63,590 nucleotides of DNA, from the NCBI GenBank assembly GCA_035938395.1, contig DASZGY010000137.1:1-63590 (forward strand), written 5' to 3'. The notes under the pieces were generated by a model. The model did not search any database and was not told where the DNA came from. It saw only the letters and a program-made list of their open reading frames with translations. Made by a program: the position numbers and the translations under genes. Positions 41,634 through 54,251 of the stretch are shown here, in pieces. Each line of letters opens with the position of its first letter. Position 1 is the first letter of the stretch. Source of the DNA: Acidimicrobiia bacterium (GTDB lineage: Bacteria > Actinomycetota > Acidimicrobiia > IMCC26256 > JACDBD01).

Positions 41634-42317
41634 TTACTCGGCAGCGTCGAAGCGATAGCCGAGACCGGCCTCGGTCGTGAAGTATCGAGGCCGGGACTGT
41701 TCCGGCTCGAGCTTCCGTCGGAGCCGGGCGATGTACTCGCGCAGGTTTCCCGTTTCGTCTTGGTACTCGGGACCCCAGACCTCCTGGAGGAGTTGGTGCT
41801 GGGGAACGAGCTTGCCGCGGTTGCGCACCAAGACCTCGACGAGTTGCCATTCCGTCGGGGTCAACCGCACCTCCTCGCCGTTGCGGGTGACGCGCTTGGC
41901 GGCGAGGTCGATCGTGAAGTCACCGGTTTCGATCGCCGCCTCGTCGGCGACGGGGATCACTCGCCGGAGCGCGGCCCGGAGCCTCGCCAAGAGCTCGTCC
42001 ATCCCGAACGGCTTGGTGACGTAGTCGTCGGCGCCGGCGTCGAGGGCGGCGACCTTGTCGGCCTCTGTGTCACGGACGGACAGGACGATGATCGGGACCC
42101 GGCTCCAGCCTCGGATGCCTTCGATGACCTCGACGCCTCCGATGCCGGGGAGGCCGAGATCGACGACGACGACATCGGGACGGTGGCGGACCGCCAGGTC
42201 GAGGGCTTCTTCGCCCGTCTCGGCGAGGTCGACGTCGAACCCGCGAGCCCGGAGGTTGATCCCGACTGTGCGCCGGATCTGAGTCTCGTCGTCGACGACG
42301 AGGACCCGGCTGGTCAT
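41634..42317 (-). CDS. Second KdpE-like response regulator
   Basis: Close paralogue of 38446-39120 (shared KVAALDAGADD.VTKPFGMDELLARLRAALRR). Confidence 0.88.
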   Translation of the reverse strand: MTSRVLVVDDETQIRRTVGINLRARGFDVDLAETGEEALDLAVRHRPDVVVVDLGLPGIGGVEVIEGIRGWSRVPIIVLSVRDTEADKVAALDAGADDYVTKPFGMDELLARLRAALRRVIPVADEAAIETGDFTIDLAAKRVTRNGEEVRLTPTEWQLVEVLVRNRGKLVPQHQLLQEVWGPEYQDETGNLREYIARLRRKLEPEQSRPRYFTTEAGLGYRFDAAE

Positions 42318-42353
42318 GATGCCTGACCACGCGCCATAGCGCTTCCTAGGTGC

Positions 42354-43151
42354 TCACGATTTCTGCTGGTCCAGGGCGAGATTGAGGTCCAGGACGTTGA
42401 CGGTCTTCTCGCCGAGGATCCCGAGATCCCGTCCCGAGGTGTGGTCGTCGATCAACGCGCGCACGCGCGCCACCGGAAGGCCGCGCTCGGTCGCGACGCG
42501 CTTCGCCTGGAGCCGTGCGTTGGCCACCGAGATGTCCGGGTCGAGGCCGGACGCCGACGCGGTCACGGCGTCGACGGGGACCTTCGTGGCGCGCCCGAGG
42601 CCGTTCAGCTCCCGGTACGCCAGCGTGCGCTGCGGCACCGTGTTCGTGTCGCAAACGTACGACCCGTCGTCGTTCTTCTTGTACTTGGTGTCGGCGGTCG
42701 GGCTCACGACCACCTTGCCGTCCTTGTCGTCCGGAACGCAGTACGGATCGTCAGGGCTCGCGAACGGGTTGGTCTTGGACGAGTTCCCGTTGAGATCGAC
42801 CGTGTTGAAGCCCGGGATGAAGCCGACGAGGGCAGGATTGGAGGGCCCGAGGTTCGAGCCCACGCTGAGGGTCGGGTCGTACCCGGCGGATGTCTTCCCG
42901 TCCACGCCGGACGCAGCAGAAGGCCGTGACTGGAAGTACTTCTTGATCGCGTTGCCGTCCTTGTCGACGAACGCCTGCCCGATCAGGCTCGAGCCGACAT
43001 CCTTCCCCTTGCGCTGCACGAAGGAGCCGTTGGCCTTGTCCTGCAAGCCCGGGATCTGGGCAACGCCCGTCACGAGGAGCCCGTAGCCGATGCCGAGCAC
43101 CAGCGTGAAGACGATCATCGACAGGACGGCGGGGATGAATTGGCGTCGCAT
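42354..43151 (-). CDS. kdpC: K+-transporting ATPase subunit C
   Basis: KANGS, GSSLIGQ, FQSRPS, VTASASGLDPDIS, VNVLDLNLALD; ~60-aa internal insertion. Confidence 0.95.
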   Translation of the reverse strand: MRRQFIPAVLSMIVFTLVLGIGYGLLVTGVAQIPGLQDKANGSFVQRKGKDVGSSLIGQAFVDKDGNAIKKYFQSRPSAASGVDGKTSAGYDPTLSVGSNLGPSNPALVGFIPGFNTVDLNGNSSKTNPFASPDDPYCVPDDKDGKVVVSPTADTKYKKNDDGSYVCDTNTVPQRTLAYRELNGLGRATKVPVDAVTASASGLDPDISVANARLQAKRVATERGLPVARVRALIDDHTSGRDLGILGEKTVNVLDLNLALDQQKS

Positions 43152-45215
43152 CTACGAGACTCCCAATGCCGAGATGACGATGTCGATGAGCTTGATGCCG
43201 ATGAAGGGCGCGATCACGCCGCCGGCGCCGTAGATCAGCAGGTTGCGCCGCAAGAGATGAGAAGCAGACGTCGGAATGAACTTCACACCCCGCAACGCCA
43301 GGGGGATCAGCATCACGATGATGATGGCGTTGAAGATGACTGCGGACAGGATGGCGGAACGCGGTGTCTGGAGCTGCATGACGTTCAGACGATCGAGAAC
43401 GCTCAGACTGGCGAAGCCGGCGAACATCGCCGGGATGATGGCGAAGTACTTGGCGACGTCGTTGGCGATCGAGAACGTGGTCAATGATCCGCGCGTGATC
43501 AGCAGCTGCTTGCCGATCTCCACGATGTCGATGAGCTTCGTCGGGTCCGACTCCAGGTCGACCATGTTCCCGGCTTCCTTGGCCGCCTGAGTACCGGTGT
43601 TCATTGCCACGGCGACGTCGGCCTGCGCGAGCGCAGGGGCGTCGTTGGTGCCGTCACCCGTCATTGCAACGAGTCTCCCGCCCCGTTGCTCGCTCTTGAT
43701 CAGCTCCATCTTGTCTTCGGGCGTCGCTTCGGCGAGATAGTCGTCGACACCCGCTTCCTTGGCGATGAAGGCTGCAGTGCGGGGGTTGTCGCCGGTGATC
43801 ATGACCGTGCGGATGCCCATGCGCCGCAGGTCGGCGAAACGATCGGCGATGCCGGGCTTGACGATGTCCTTGAGGTAGACGACACCCAACGCGCGCGGAG
43901 GGTGGGGGGAACCCTCCGCCGCGCCGGCCTCGGCGACCACGAGCGGCGTTCCGCCCTGCGCCGCAATCGAGTCGACCGTGTCGCCGAGTTCTGGGGGGAC
44001 GACGCCGCCCTGTTCCTCCACCCAGCGGCGAACCGCGTCGGCCGCGCCCTTGCGGACCGATCGTCCGTCCATATCCACACCGCTCATGCGCGTCTGCGCC
44101 GTGAAGGGAACGAGATCGGCGCCGATGAGCTCGCGCTCGCGCAGTCCGTAGCGCTCTTTCGCGAACACGACGATCGACCGTCCTTCGGGCGTCTCGTCCG
44201 CGAGGCTCGAGAGCTGCGCCGCGTCGGCGAACTCCTGCTCGGTCACGCCGTTGGCGGGGATGAACGCGTCAGCCTCGCGGTTCCCGAACGTGATCGTGCC
44301 CGTCTTGTCGAGCAGGAGAGTGGCGCAGTCCCCCGCTGCTTCGACGGCGCGACCACTCATGGCGAGCACGTTGCGGCGCACGAGCCGGTCCATCCCGGCA
44401 ATGCCGATGGCCGAGAGCAACGCGCCGATCGTCGTGGGAATGAGACAGACCAGCAGCGCAACGAGGATGACGACGGTCTGCTCGGCGTTGGCGAACATCG
44501 CGAACGGCTGGAGCGTCACAGTCGCGAGAAGGAAGATGATGGTGAGTCCCGCGAGGAGGATGTTGAGCGCGATCTCGTTCGGGGTCTTCTTGCGCTCGGA
44601 CCCCTCGACGAGAGCGATCATCCGATCCAGGAAGGTCTCCCCCGCGCGAGCCGTGATTCGCACCACGATCTCGTCGGACAGGACCCGAGTGCCCCCGGTG
44701 ACGGCCGAGCGGTCACCACCTGATTCGCGGATGACCGGCGCAGACTCACCGGTGATGGCGGACTCGTCGACGCTCGCGATGCCCTCGATCACCTCGCCGT
44801 CGGACGGGATGATCTCCCCCGCGCTCACGACGCACTCGTCGCCGACGTCGAGCGCGGTGCTCGGGACCTCGTCGATCGTGCCGTCCGGGTGGCGTCGACG
44901 AGCGAGTGTCTCTGAGCGCGTCTTCCGCAGCGTGTCGGCCTGCGCCTTTCCTCGGCCTTCGGCGACGGCCTCGGCGAAGTTCGCGAACAGCACCGTGAAC
45001 CACAGGAACAAGGCGACCAGGCCCACAAAGACGTTCTCGTTCGTCGAAGACGAGCCGAAGTCCTTGAAGAACAGGATCGTCGTCAGCACGGAGCCCACTC
45101 CGACGACGAACATCACCGGGTTGCGCATCAGCGTCCGCGGATTGAGCTTGATGAAGCTGTCGACGATTGCTCGCCGAAGCATCTTCGGCTCCACGAAGTT
45201 GGAGTCACGCGCCAT
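43152..45215 (-). CDS. kdpB: K+-transporting ATPase subunit B
   Basis: TGES, DKTGT phosphorylation motif, [22 protein letters not shown]. Confidence 0.98.
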   Translation of the reverse strand: MARDSNFVEPKMLRRAIVDSFIKLNPRTLMRNPVMFVVGVGSVLTTILFFKDFGSSSTNENVFVGLVALFLWFTVLFANFAEAVAEGRGKAQADTLRKTRSETLARRRHPDGTIDEVPSTALDVGDECVVSAGEIIPSDGEVIEGIASVDESAITGESAPVIRESGGDRSAVTGGTRVLSDEIVVRITARAGETFLDRMIALVEGSERKKTPNEIALNILLAGLTIIFLLATVTLQPFAMFANAEQTVVILVALLVCLIPTTIGALLSAIGIAGMDRLVRRNVLAMSGRAVEAAGDCATLLLDKTGTITFGNREADAFIPANGVTEQEFADAAQLSSLADETPEGRSIVVFAKERYGLRERELIGADLVPFTAQTRMSGVDMDGRSVRKGAADAVRRWVEEQGGVVPPELGDTVDSIAAQGGTPLVVAEAGAAEGSPHPPRALGVVYLKDIVKPGIADRFADLRRMGIRTVMITGDNPRTAAFIAKEAGVDDYLAEATPEDKMELIKSEQRGGRLVAMTGDGTNDAPALAQADVAVAMNTGTQAAKEAGNMVDLESDPTKLIDIVEIGKQLLITRGSLTTFSIANDVAKYFAIIPAMFAGFASLSVLDRLNVMQLQTPRSAILSAVIFNAIIIVMLIPLALRGVKFIPTSASHLLRRNLLIYGAGGVIAPFIGIKLIDIVISALGVS

Positions 45216-45232
45216 GTGCCGATGCTCCTCGA

Positions 45233-46951
45233 TCAGATCCCGAGCTGCTCGACGATGGGGCCGAGCGCGAGGACGGGTAGGAAGGTCAGGGCGGCGACGA
45301 TCAGCACGACGCCGATGACGAGCACGACGAAGAGCGGTGTGTGTGTCGGGAACGTGCCTGCCGATGGCGGGACCCGGCGCTTGCGCACGAGCACGCCCGC
45401 GAGCGCAAGGGTCGGGATGATGAGGAAGAACCGGCCTACCAGCATGGTCACGGCCAGCGCTGTGTTCATCCAGGCCGTGTTCGCAGTGATGCCCGCGAAC
45501 GCCGAGCCGTTGTTGTTCCCTGCCGATGTGAACGCGTAGATGAGCTCCGTGAACCCGTGCGATCCCGGATTCAGGAGCGACACGTCACTCACGGATCTCA
45601 CGAACGTCGAGATGGCGATGAAGATCAGCACGACCGCGGGCATCACGAGGATGTAGATCGCGACGAGCTTCACCTCGGCGGCCTGGATCTTCTTGCCCAA
45701 GTACTCGGGAGTGCGCCCGACCATGAGACCGGCGATGAAGACAGAGAGGATGGCGAGTATCAGCAGCCCGTTCAGACCGACGCCGACGCCGCCCGGGCTG
45801 ACCTCCCCGAGCTTCATGTGCACGAGCGGGATCATGCCGCCGGCGGGCGTGAAGCTGTCGTGCATCGCGTTGACCGAACCGTTGGAGGTGCCGGTCGTAG
45901 ACGCGGCCCACAATCCGGACGCGCTCGGGCCGTACCGGACCTCCTTCCCTTCGGCGTTGCCGCCCGGTGAGCTCGCACTGACCGTCTGCGTGACGCCCAC
46001 ACCACGTGCGTCGAGCTTCGGGTTGCCGCCGACCTCGAGAAAGATCGTGAGGAGGCTGGCAGTAAGCCAGATCACGAACATGATCGAGAACACGGCGTAG
46101 CCCTGCCGCTTGTCCTTGACCATCCGTCCGAACGTGAAGGCCAGCGCGAACGGGATGATGAGGATGGAGTAGATCTCGAGGAAGTCGCTGAACTTGGTCG
46201 GGTTCGAGAACGGGTGCGCCGAGTTCACGTTGAAGAAGTCGCCGCCGTTGGTGCCGATCATCTTGATCGATTCCATGCTGGCGTTGGGGCCCCCCGGGAC
46301 CTTCTGGGTGGCGCCGGCGACGGTGTGCACCTGGGTGAAGCCATGGGTGTTCTGGATCACGCCGGTCGCCACGAGCACGATCGCGAACACGAACGCGATC
46401 GGAACCAGGATGCGGATCGTCGTACGCACGAGATCGACCCAGAAGTTGCCGATCGTGCGCTGACCGGCGCGCGACAGGCCCCGGATCAGCGCCGCCATCA
46501 CCGCCATGCCCGCTGCCGCAGACACGAACTGCTGGACGGTGAGACCCGTCATCTGGGTGAGATGGCTCAGAGTGCTCTCACCGGCGTAGCTCTGCCAGTT
46601 CGTGTTGGTCACGAAGCTGACCGCCGTGTTCAACGACAGCGCCGGCGCGACGTTGGCCATGTCGGTCGGGTTGAACGGCAGGCCGCTCTGGATGCGCTGG
46701 ATCAGGTACAGCAGCACGATGCCGACGACGCTGAACGCGAGCACTGACAGCGCGTAGACGTTCCACCGCTGCTCGCGTTCCGGATCGATCCGGCAGGCGC
46801 GGTAGATGAGCCGCTCGACCGGCCCGAAGACGCGGTCGAGGCGCGAAGGCCCGCCCTCGTACACGTTGGCCATGTACCGCCCGAGCAGCGGCGCGGTCGC
46901 GCCGATAAGGACGATGAGGGCAATCAGTTGCGCCCAGCCGGCAGCCGTCAT
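45233..46951 (-). CDS. kdpA: K+-transporting ATPase subunit A
   Basis: [42 protein letters not shown]. Confidence 0.98.
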   Translation of the reverse strand: MTAAGWAQLIALIVLIGATAPLLGRYMANVYEGGPSRLDRVFGPVERLIYRACRIDPEREQRWNVYALSVLAFSVVGIVLLYLIQRIQSGLPFNPTDMANVAPALSLNTAVSFVTNTNWQSYAGESTLSHLTQMTGLTVQQFVSAAAGMAVMAALIRGLSRAGQRTIGNFWVDLVRTTIRILVPIAFVFAIVLVATGVIQNTHGFTQVHTVAGATQKVPGGPNASMESIKMIGTNGGDFFNVNSAHPFSNPTKFSDFLEIYSILIIPFALAFTFGRMVKDKRQGYAVFSIMFVIWLTASLLTIFLEVGGNPKLDARGVGVTQTVSASSPGGNAEGKEVRYGPSASGLWAASTTGTSNGSVNAMHDSFTPAGGMIPLVHMKLGEVSPGGVGVGLNGLLILAILSVFIAGLMVGRTPEYLGKKIQAAEVKLVAIYILVMPAVVLIFIAISTFVRSVSDVSLLNPGSHGFTELIYAFTSAGNNNGSAFAGITANTAWMNTALAVTMLVGRFFLIIPTLALAGVLVRKRRVPPSAGTFPTHTPLFVVLVIGVVLIVAALTFLPVLALGPIVEQLGI

Positions 46952-47040
46952 CAGAACCGTTCCGGGAACAGCAGGGCTGCCACCAGGTACAGGCCGAGCA
47001 GGATCGCCAGGACGAGGCCGGCGATGTTCTCGCCCCTCAC
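46951..47040 (-). CDS. kdpF: K+-transporting ATPase subunit F (29 aa)
   Basis: [29 protein letters not shown]; TGATG overlap with kdpA; not in the ORF track. Confidence 0.92.
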   Translation of the reverse strand: MRGENIAGLVLAILLGLYLVAALLFPERF

Positions 47041-47201
47041 CGCGCTACCCCGACCGGCTCACGTTCCGTGTCGCCCTCGGGCGGGGGCGGAGCGAGCTCG
47101 TCGGCGTCGTCAGGTCCGATGATCCTCGCGCAGCCGCGCACGAACGCCACGCACAGCGCGAAGAACGCGACGATCAGGAGCAGTACCCACACATCAGCCA
47201 T
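47037..47201 (-). CDS. Small membrane peptide upstream of kdpF (54 aa)
   Basis: [27 protein letters not shown]...; GAGGAG RBS; GTGA overlap with kdpF. Confidence 0.75.
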   Translation of the reverse strand: MADVWVLLLIVAFFALCVAFVRGCARIIGPDDADELAPPPPEGDTEREPVGVAR

Positions 47202-47232
47202 GACTCTCCTCGGGTTCGCTCGTGCAGCCTCG

Positions 47233-47317
47233 ATGTATACGCGGCGATCGCCGCCGTGAGAAGGGGGCCTGATGCCTTGTTGACGCCCGGCCCGGCAGCC
47301 TTGACGGACCACAAACG
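47233..47317 (-). promoter_or_regulatory. Four-repeat array C (putative KdpE boxes) plus -10-like element for the kdp operon
   Basis: Minus strand: CGTTTGT 47317, CGTCAAG 47306, CGTCAAC 47285, CATCAGG 47274; TATACAT from 47239. Confidence 0.7.
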
Positions 47318-47338
47318 ACGCCCGCCCGAGGGAGCCCG

Positions 47339-47422
47339 TCTCAACAGGGCGTCAAGATCTGCGAACGACCTGTTAACGGGTTGTCAACTGCGCTTCCGTA
47401 CGGGACAACGCGCGCTACTGAT
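47339..47422 (+). promoter_or_regulatory. Four-repeat array D (putative KdpE boxes) plus -10-like element for the divergent small ORFs
   Basis: TCTCAAC 47339, CGTCAAG 47350, TGTTAAC 47371, TGTCAAC 47382; TACTGAT at 47416. Confidence 0.65.
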
Positions 47423-47474
47423 GTAGGGACCTACTACGTCGACGCTCGAGGAGGGCGACACGAGGAGCGCGGAA

Positions 47475-47711
47475 ATGAAGAAGTCGAAGACCGTGCAAGT
47501 CCGTTGGGGGCTGCTCCGCCCTGGGGCGACCGTCATCGGCGAAAACGGAAACGACCAGGAGCACAAGGTAGTGACCGTCGAGCACCGGGGGTCGACGGTG
47601 AGCGTGCTGTTCTGGGACGGAAGCCGCGAGCACCACAGCGAAGACGACTACGCCCGGGTGCGTCTGTCCGAATCCACACGACAGCGGGAACGCGAGCGTC
47701 ATGCAAGCTGA
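47475..47711 (+). CDS. Hypothetical protein (78 aa, beta-rich)
   Basis: GAGGAG RBS, protein-like composition, overlaps the next ORF by 11 nt. Confidence 0.6.
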   Translation: MKKSKTVQVRWGLLRPGATVIGENGNDQEHKVVTVEHRGSTVSVLFWDGSREHHSEDDYARVRLSESTRQRERERHAS

Positions 47712-48033
47712 CGACTCGGTCGAGCGCGCCATCGTGCAACTGCTCCTGACCAAGAACCCCGACGAGATCGAGACGCTGGCAGATGACCTCGGCGCGATGG
47801 GTGACCGCCGGGCGGTCGGTCCGCTTGCCTCCCGACTCGCCGACAGTCGAGTCCACGATGATCCCGATCTCGAGGAGGCCGTCTGTTCGTCGCTTGTCCG
47901 CCTGGGTGCGATGGATCGGCGCGGCAACCTCAACTACGCGTTCGTGGATCCGTCGAGACTCGACCCTCGGAGCAGCGATGCAGTTCGCCGGCTGAGCTCG
48001 GCCATTCCGAGACGGTTCTTTCCCGCGAGCTAA
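47701..48033 (+). CDS. Small HEAT/PBS-repeat-like protein (110 aa)
   Basis: LADDLGAMGDRRAVGPLASRL...VCSSLVRLG resembles a HEAT-repeat pattern. Confidence 0.7.
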   Translation: MQADDSVERAIVQLLLTKNPDEIETLADDLGAMGDRRAVGPLASRLADSRVHDDPDLEEAVCSSLVRLGAMDRRGNLNYAFVDPSRLDPRSSDAVRRLSSAIPRRFFPAS

Positions 48034-48037
48034 GCGC

Positions 48038-50395
<2,358 letters not shown>

Positions 50396-50469
50396 CTGGT
50401 GTACGGGCTCCTTCCCCCCGGGCCCCTCTGGGGCCGCTGCCGTCCGGCCGGCGCTCGCCGGCGGGCAGA

Positions 50470-52341
50470 TTACTGCGAGTCCCCGTCCCGGCTCGCCTCG
50501 TGCAGGTGATACGGGATGGAGGTGACCACCGTCCCCTTGCGGAACAGCAGCCGGCCCTTGAGCAGCAGCGCTGTCTGGTTGTGGAGCAGGTGGCCCCACC
50601 AGTGGTCGACCACGAACTCGGGGATCAGCACGGTGACGATGTCGTTATCCCAGCGTGCGTCGATCTCGTCGATGTAGCGAAGGATCGGCCTCGTGACCTC
50701 CCGGTAGGGGTCGTAGACGATCTCCAGCGGGACGTCGATGTTGCGTTCGGCCCAGGCCCGCTCGATGTTCTCCTGTTGCTCCTCGTCCGACACGACGGTG
50801 ACGGCGATGACGCGAGTCGGGTTCAGGGACTTCGCGTACGCGAGGGCGTCGAGCACCCCCCGGTGCATGCCTCCGACCAGGACGACGACGGTGTGGTTCA
50901 TCGCCGGAGGCCGGTAGTCGGGCGGGACGATCAGCTGTCTCCGCACCCGCTCGTAGTGGCGGTGGATGCCCCTGAAGAGCACGACGATCGCCGGGATCAC
51001 GATGATCGGCACCCACGCGCCGCTCGTGAACTTCGTGATCGCGACGATCAGCGTGACGATGCCGGTGGCCACGGCGCCGACCGCGTTGATCACCGTGTTG
51101 CGCTTCCACGCGGGCTCTCGCAGCCGGAGGTGGTGGATCACCATGCCGGTCTGCGACAACGTGAACGACGTGAACACGCCGACCGCATAGAGCGGGATCA
51201 GCGCGTTGGTGATCCCGCCGAACGCGATGATGAGCAGGGCGGCCATCCCCGAGAGCACGAGGATGCCGTTCGAGAACACCAGCCGATCGCCGCGGTTGGC
51301 AAGCTGCCGGGGGAGATAGCCGTCCCGGGCGATGATCGACGAGAGCCTCGGGAAGTCCGCGTAGGCGGTGTTGGCGGCGAGCGTGAGGATCGCAGCCGTC
51401 GCGAACTGCAGGAGCACGAAGACGGGGCCGTTTCCGAACACAACCAGGCCCAGCTGCGAGATGACCGTCTTCTCGTGGCTCGGGTAGGGGTGCAGCTGGT
51501 GGGCGAGCAGCGCGGTCCCGAAGAAGAGCGTGCCGAGGATCGTCCCCATCGCGACGAGCGTGGTGGCGGCGTTCCTCGACTCGGGTCTCTTGAACGCGGG
51601 AACACCGTTGCTGATCGCCTCGACGCCGGTCAGCGCCACCGCGCCCGACGAGAACCCCTTCAGGATCAGGAACAACCCCAGGGTCCCGCCGAATTCACGG
51701 GTGCCGGCGAACGCGTGCCGGTCGAACGGCACCTGGTCGATGTGGCCGAAGTAGCTGCGGAACAGGCCGATGCCGACCAGCGCGGCCAGCACAACGACGT
51801 AGATGTAGGTCGGCGCCGCGAACAACCGCCCGGATTCCTTGATGCCCCGCAGGTTGGCGATGGCGATGAACGCGATCAGCGCAAGGCCGAGCTCGACGCG
51901 ATGCGTCGCGAGTCCCTGGAACGCGGGGATCGAGACGATGGCAGCGACGCCGGCCGAGATCGACACCGCGACGGTCAGGATGTAGTCGACAAGCAAGGAT
52001 CCGCCCGCGATGAGCGAGGGAGTCTCGCCGAGGTTCTCGCGGCTGACGATGTAGCTCCCGCCGCCGCTCGGATAGGCGAAGATCGTCTGCCGGTACGACG
52101 TGCACACGATCGCCAGGAGGATCGCGACCGCGATCCCGATCGGCACGAGCGTGTCGAGTCCGAGCGCCAGGCTCGACGCGCCCACGGCGGTGACGAACAG
52201 GATCTCCTCGGTCGCGTACGCCGTCGACGAGATCGCGTCGGAGGAGAACACCGCGAGCCCGATCGTCTTCGGTATGCGCTGGTGCTCTTGCTCGACGGTC
52301 GCCAGTGGCCGCCCGACCAGCAGTCGCTTGAGGATCGCCAC
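50470..52341 (-). CDS. KimA/YdaO-like APC permease (second copy, no OB-fold)
   Basis: SDAISSTAYATEE, VDYILTVAVS, TGVEAISNG, NTAYADFPRL, LLHNQTA. Confidence 0.92.
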   Translation of the reverse strand: MAILKRLLVGRPLATVEQEHQRIPKTIGLAVFSSDAISSTAYATEEILFVTAVGASSLALGLDTLVPIGIAVAILLAIVCTSYRQTIFAYPSGGGSYIVSRENLGETPSLIAGGSLLVDYILTVAVSISAGVAAIVSIPAFQGLATHRVELGLALIAFIAIANLRGIKESGRLFAAPTYIYVVVLAALVGIGLFRSYFGHIDQVPFDRHAFAGTREFGGTLGLFLILKGFSSGAVALTGVEAISNGVPAFKRPESRNAATTLVAMGTILGTLFFGTALLAHQLHPYPSHEKTVISQLGLVVFGNGPVFVLLQFATAAILTLAANTAYADFPRLSSIIARDGYLPRQLANRGDRLVFSNGILVLSGMAALLIIAFGGITNALIPLYAVGVFTSFTLSQTGMVIHHLRLREPAWKRNTVINAVGAVATGIVTLIVAITKFTSGAWVPIIVIPAIVVLFRGIHRHYERVRRQLIVPPDYRPPAMNHTVVVLVGGMHRGVLDALAYAKSLNPTRVIAVTVVSDEEQQENIERAWAERNIDVPLEIVYDPYREVTRPILRYIDEIDARWDNDIVTVLIPEFVVDHWWGHLLHNQTALLLKGRLLFRKGTVVTSIPYHLHEASRDGDSQ

Positions 52342-52487
52342 CCCGCCCCCGGGGATTCGATGACGCCGGAATCTGACGAGGGCCGACCCTCCGGTCAGCC
52401 CGCTCGGGCCAGCATGCCATGCCGCTGCTTCGCTGATCGTGCTGCCGCGTCATAACATCCAGCCGTCCGAGCTGCCTGGAGGGCGCG

Positions 52488-53147
52488 GTGCACGTGGTGG
52501 TCGTCGGCTGCGGCCGGGTCGGGAGCGAGCTCGCCGGCACGCTCGAGAAGTCCGGCCACACGGTCGCCGTGATCGACAAGAACGCGAACGCGTTCCGACG
52601 GCTCCCCGCCGGGTACGCCGGACACCGGGTCGTCGGCTTCGGGTTCGACCGCGACACCCTCGAGGAGGCCGGCATCGACCGCGCCGGCGCGCTGGCCGCC
52701 GTGACCAACGGCGACAACTCCAACATCCTCGTCGCCCGCATCGCCCGGGAGTCCTTCGGGATCGAGCGGGTCGTCGCCCGCATCTACGACCCCCGCCGGG
52801 CGGTGATCTACCAGCGTTTGGGCATCCCGACGGTCGCCACCGTGTCGTGGACGACCGACCAGGTGTTGAGGCGGCTCCTCCCCGGCGAGCAGCCCCACGA
52901 CTGGATCGACCCGAGTGCCCGGGTGAGCCTCGTCGAGCGAGTGCTGCCGTCCAACTGGGGCGGCAAGAAGCTCGCGTCGCTGAACGAGCCCGGGCGCTTC
53001 CTGCTGACGGCGGTGACGAGGTTGGGCGAGGCGCAGATCGCGGGCCCCAAGCTCGTCGGTCAGGAAGGCGACATGCTCCACTTTGTCGTCGACGTCAACG
53101 CCATGGACGCCCTGCGCGAGCGCCTCGAGCACGGACCGGAGGCGTAG
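52488..53147 (+). CDS. trkA: TrkA/CeoB-family RCK protein
   Basis: VVVGCGRVG, GFGFDR, DNSNIL, IYQRLGIPTVATVSWT. Confidence 0.9.
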   Translation: MHVVVVGCGRVGSELAGTLEKSGHTVAVIDKNANAFRRLPAGYAGHRVVGFGFDRDTLEEAGIDRAGALAAVTNGDNSNILVARIARESFGIERVVARIYDPRRAVIYQRLGIPTVATVSWTTDQVLRRLLPGEQPHDWIDPSARVSLVERVLPSNWGGKKLASLNEPGRFLLTAVTRLGEAQIAGPKLVGQEGDMLHFVVDVNAMDALRERLEHGPEA

Positions 53148-53149
53148 CG

Positions 53150-53815
53150 ATGCGGGTCGCGATCGCCGGCGCGGGGAACGTCGGTCTCTTCATCGCCAAC
53201 GATCTGCGCGCCGCCGGGCACGAAGTGCAACTCATCGAGCAGAACCCGGCCGTGGTCGAACGCGCGGTCGCCGACGAAGGCGTCGAATGGTTCATTGCCG
53301 ACGCGTGCGAGGTGTCGTCCCTGAAGGAGGCCGGCCTCGAGCGCTGCGACGTCGTGGTGGCCGCCACCGGCGACGACGAGGACAACCTCGTGATCTCGCT
53401 CCTCGCCAAGCAGGAGTTCGCGGTCCCACGGGTGATCGCCCGGGTCAACCACCCGAAGAACGAGTGGATGTTCAACGAGAACTGGGGCGTCGACCTCTCG
53501 GTGTCGACCCCCCACCTCATCACCGCACTCGTGGAGGAGGCGGTGAGCGTGGGCCGTCTCGTGCGCATCCTCCAGTTCGAGCGCGGGCTCGCCCGTCTCG
53601 TCGAGGTGACGCTCGCCGAGAACGCGCCGGTGGTCGATCGCGCGCTCAAGGACGTCGACATGCCCCGCGATGCCACCGTCGTCGCCGTCGTCCGCGGCGA
53701 GCACGTCGTGATGCCCCGTGGCGACACCGTCTTCGAGATCGGCGATGAGGTGCTGGCGATGGTGACGCCGGACTCCGAGGAGAACGTCCGCGGCATCCTG
53801 ACCGGCGAGGAGTGA
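53150..53815 (+). CDS. trkA: TrkA/CeoC-family RCK protein
   Basis: IAGAGNVG, ADACE, TGDDEDNLV, ARVNHPKNEW; RCK_C domain. Confidence 0.9.
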   Translation: MRVAIAGAGNVGLFIANDLRAAGHEVQLIEQNPAVVERAVADEGVEWFIADACEVSSLKEAGLERCDVVVAATGDDEDNLVISLLAKQEFAVPRVIARVNHPKNEWMFNENWGVDLSVSTPHLITALVEEAVSVGRLVRILQFERGLARLVEVTLAENAPVVDRALKDVDMPRDATVVAVVRGEHVVMPRGDTVFEIGDEVLAMVTPDSEENVRGILTGEE

Positions 53816-53833
53816 CGAGCCCCCGCGGGAGGC

Positions 53834-54187
53834 TCAGCCGAGGAGCTGGTACTCGGGGTTGTACACGAGGTAGCGGTTGCCGTCCTTGCCGGCGACCCCG
53901 GCGAGCATGACGCGCCGCCCCGGAGACATGCCCGGGATCTTGCGCCGGCCGAGGAACACCCCGACCACACTGCCCCGACCGTCGCTCACGGTGACCTCGA
54001 CGGCCGGAGCGCCGGCGCGGGGCACGATGCGCACGGCGCGGATCTCCCCCGCCACCCGCGTCGGCGTGCGGGGCGTGATCCGGTCCATCGGCGTCACGCC
54101 GAGCCGGTCGCAGTAGGCGCCGAGCGCCTCACGATCGAGCTCGTCGACGGGCTTGGTCAGCCGCTTCATCGTCTTGCCCAGGGCCAC
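53834..54187 (-). CDS. Stand-alone OB-fold protein (Rv2694c-like)
   Basis: VAGEIRAV...VSDGRGSV..VFLGRRKIPG...NPEY; AGGAGG RBS before the GTG. Confidence 0.85.
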   Translation of the reverse strand: MALGKTMKRLTKPVDELDREALGAYCDRLGVTPMDRITPRTPTRVAGEIRAVRIVPRAGAPAVEVTVSDGRGSVVGVFLGRRKIPGMSPGRRVMLAGVAGKDGNRYLVYNPEYQLLG

Positions 54188-54251
54188 GCCGGCCTCCTTC
54201 TGGCTTCCTGGCTTGCATCGTAGAGCTTCGGGCGTGGCATCCTGTCGCCCC

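Noticed and set aside
52358-52380. CGTCA-like repeats upstream of the second KimA-like gene
   Set aside because: Spacing is 13 bp and there are only two copies, so it does not fit the 0/11/32/43 pattern.
53817-53835. Hairpin between convergent trkA and OB genes
   Set aside because: Probably an ordinary bidirectional terminator with no T-run; not distinctive.
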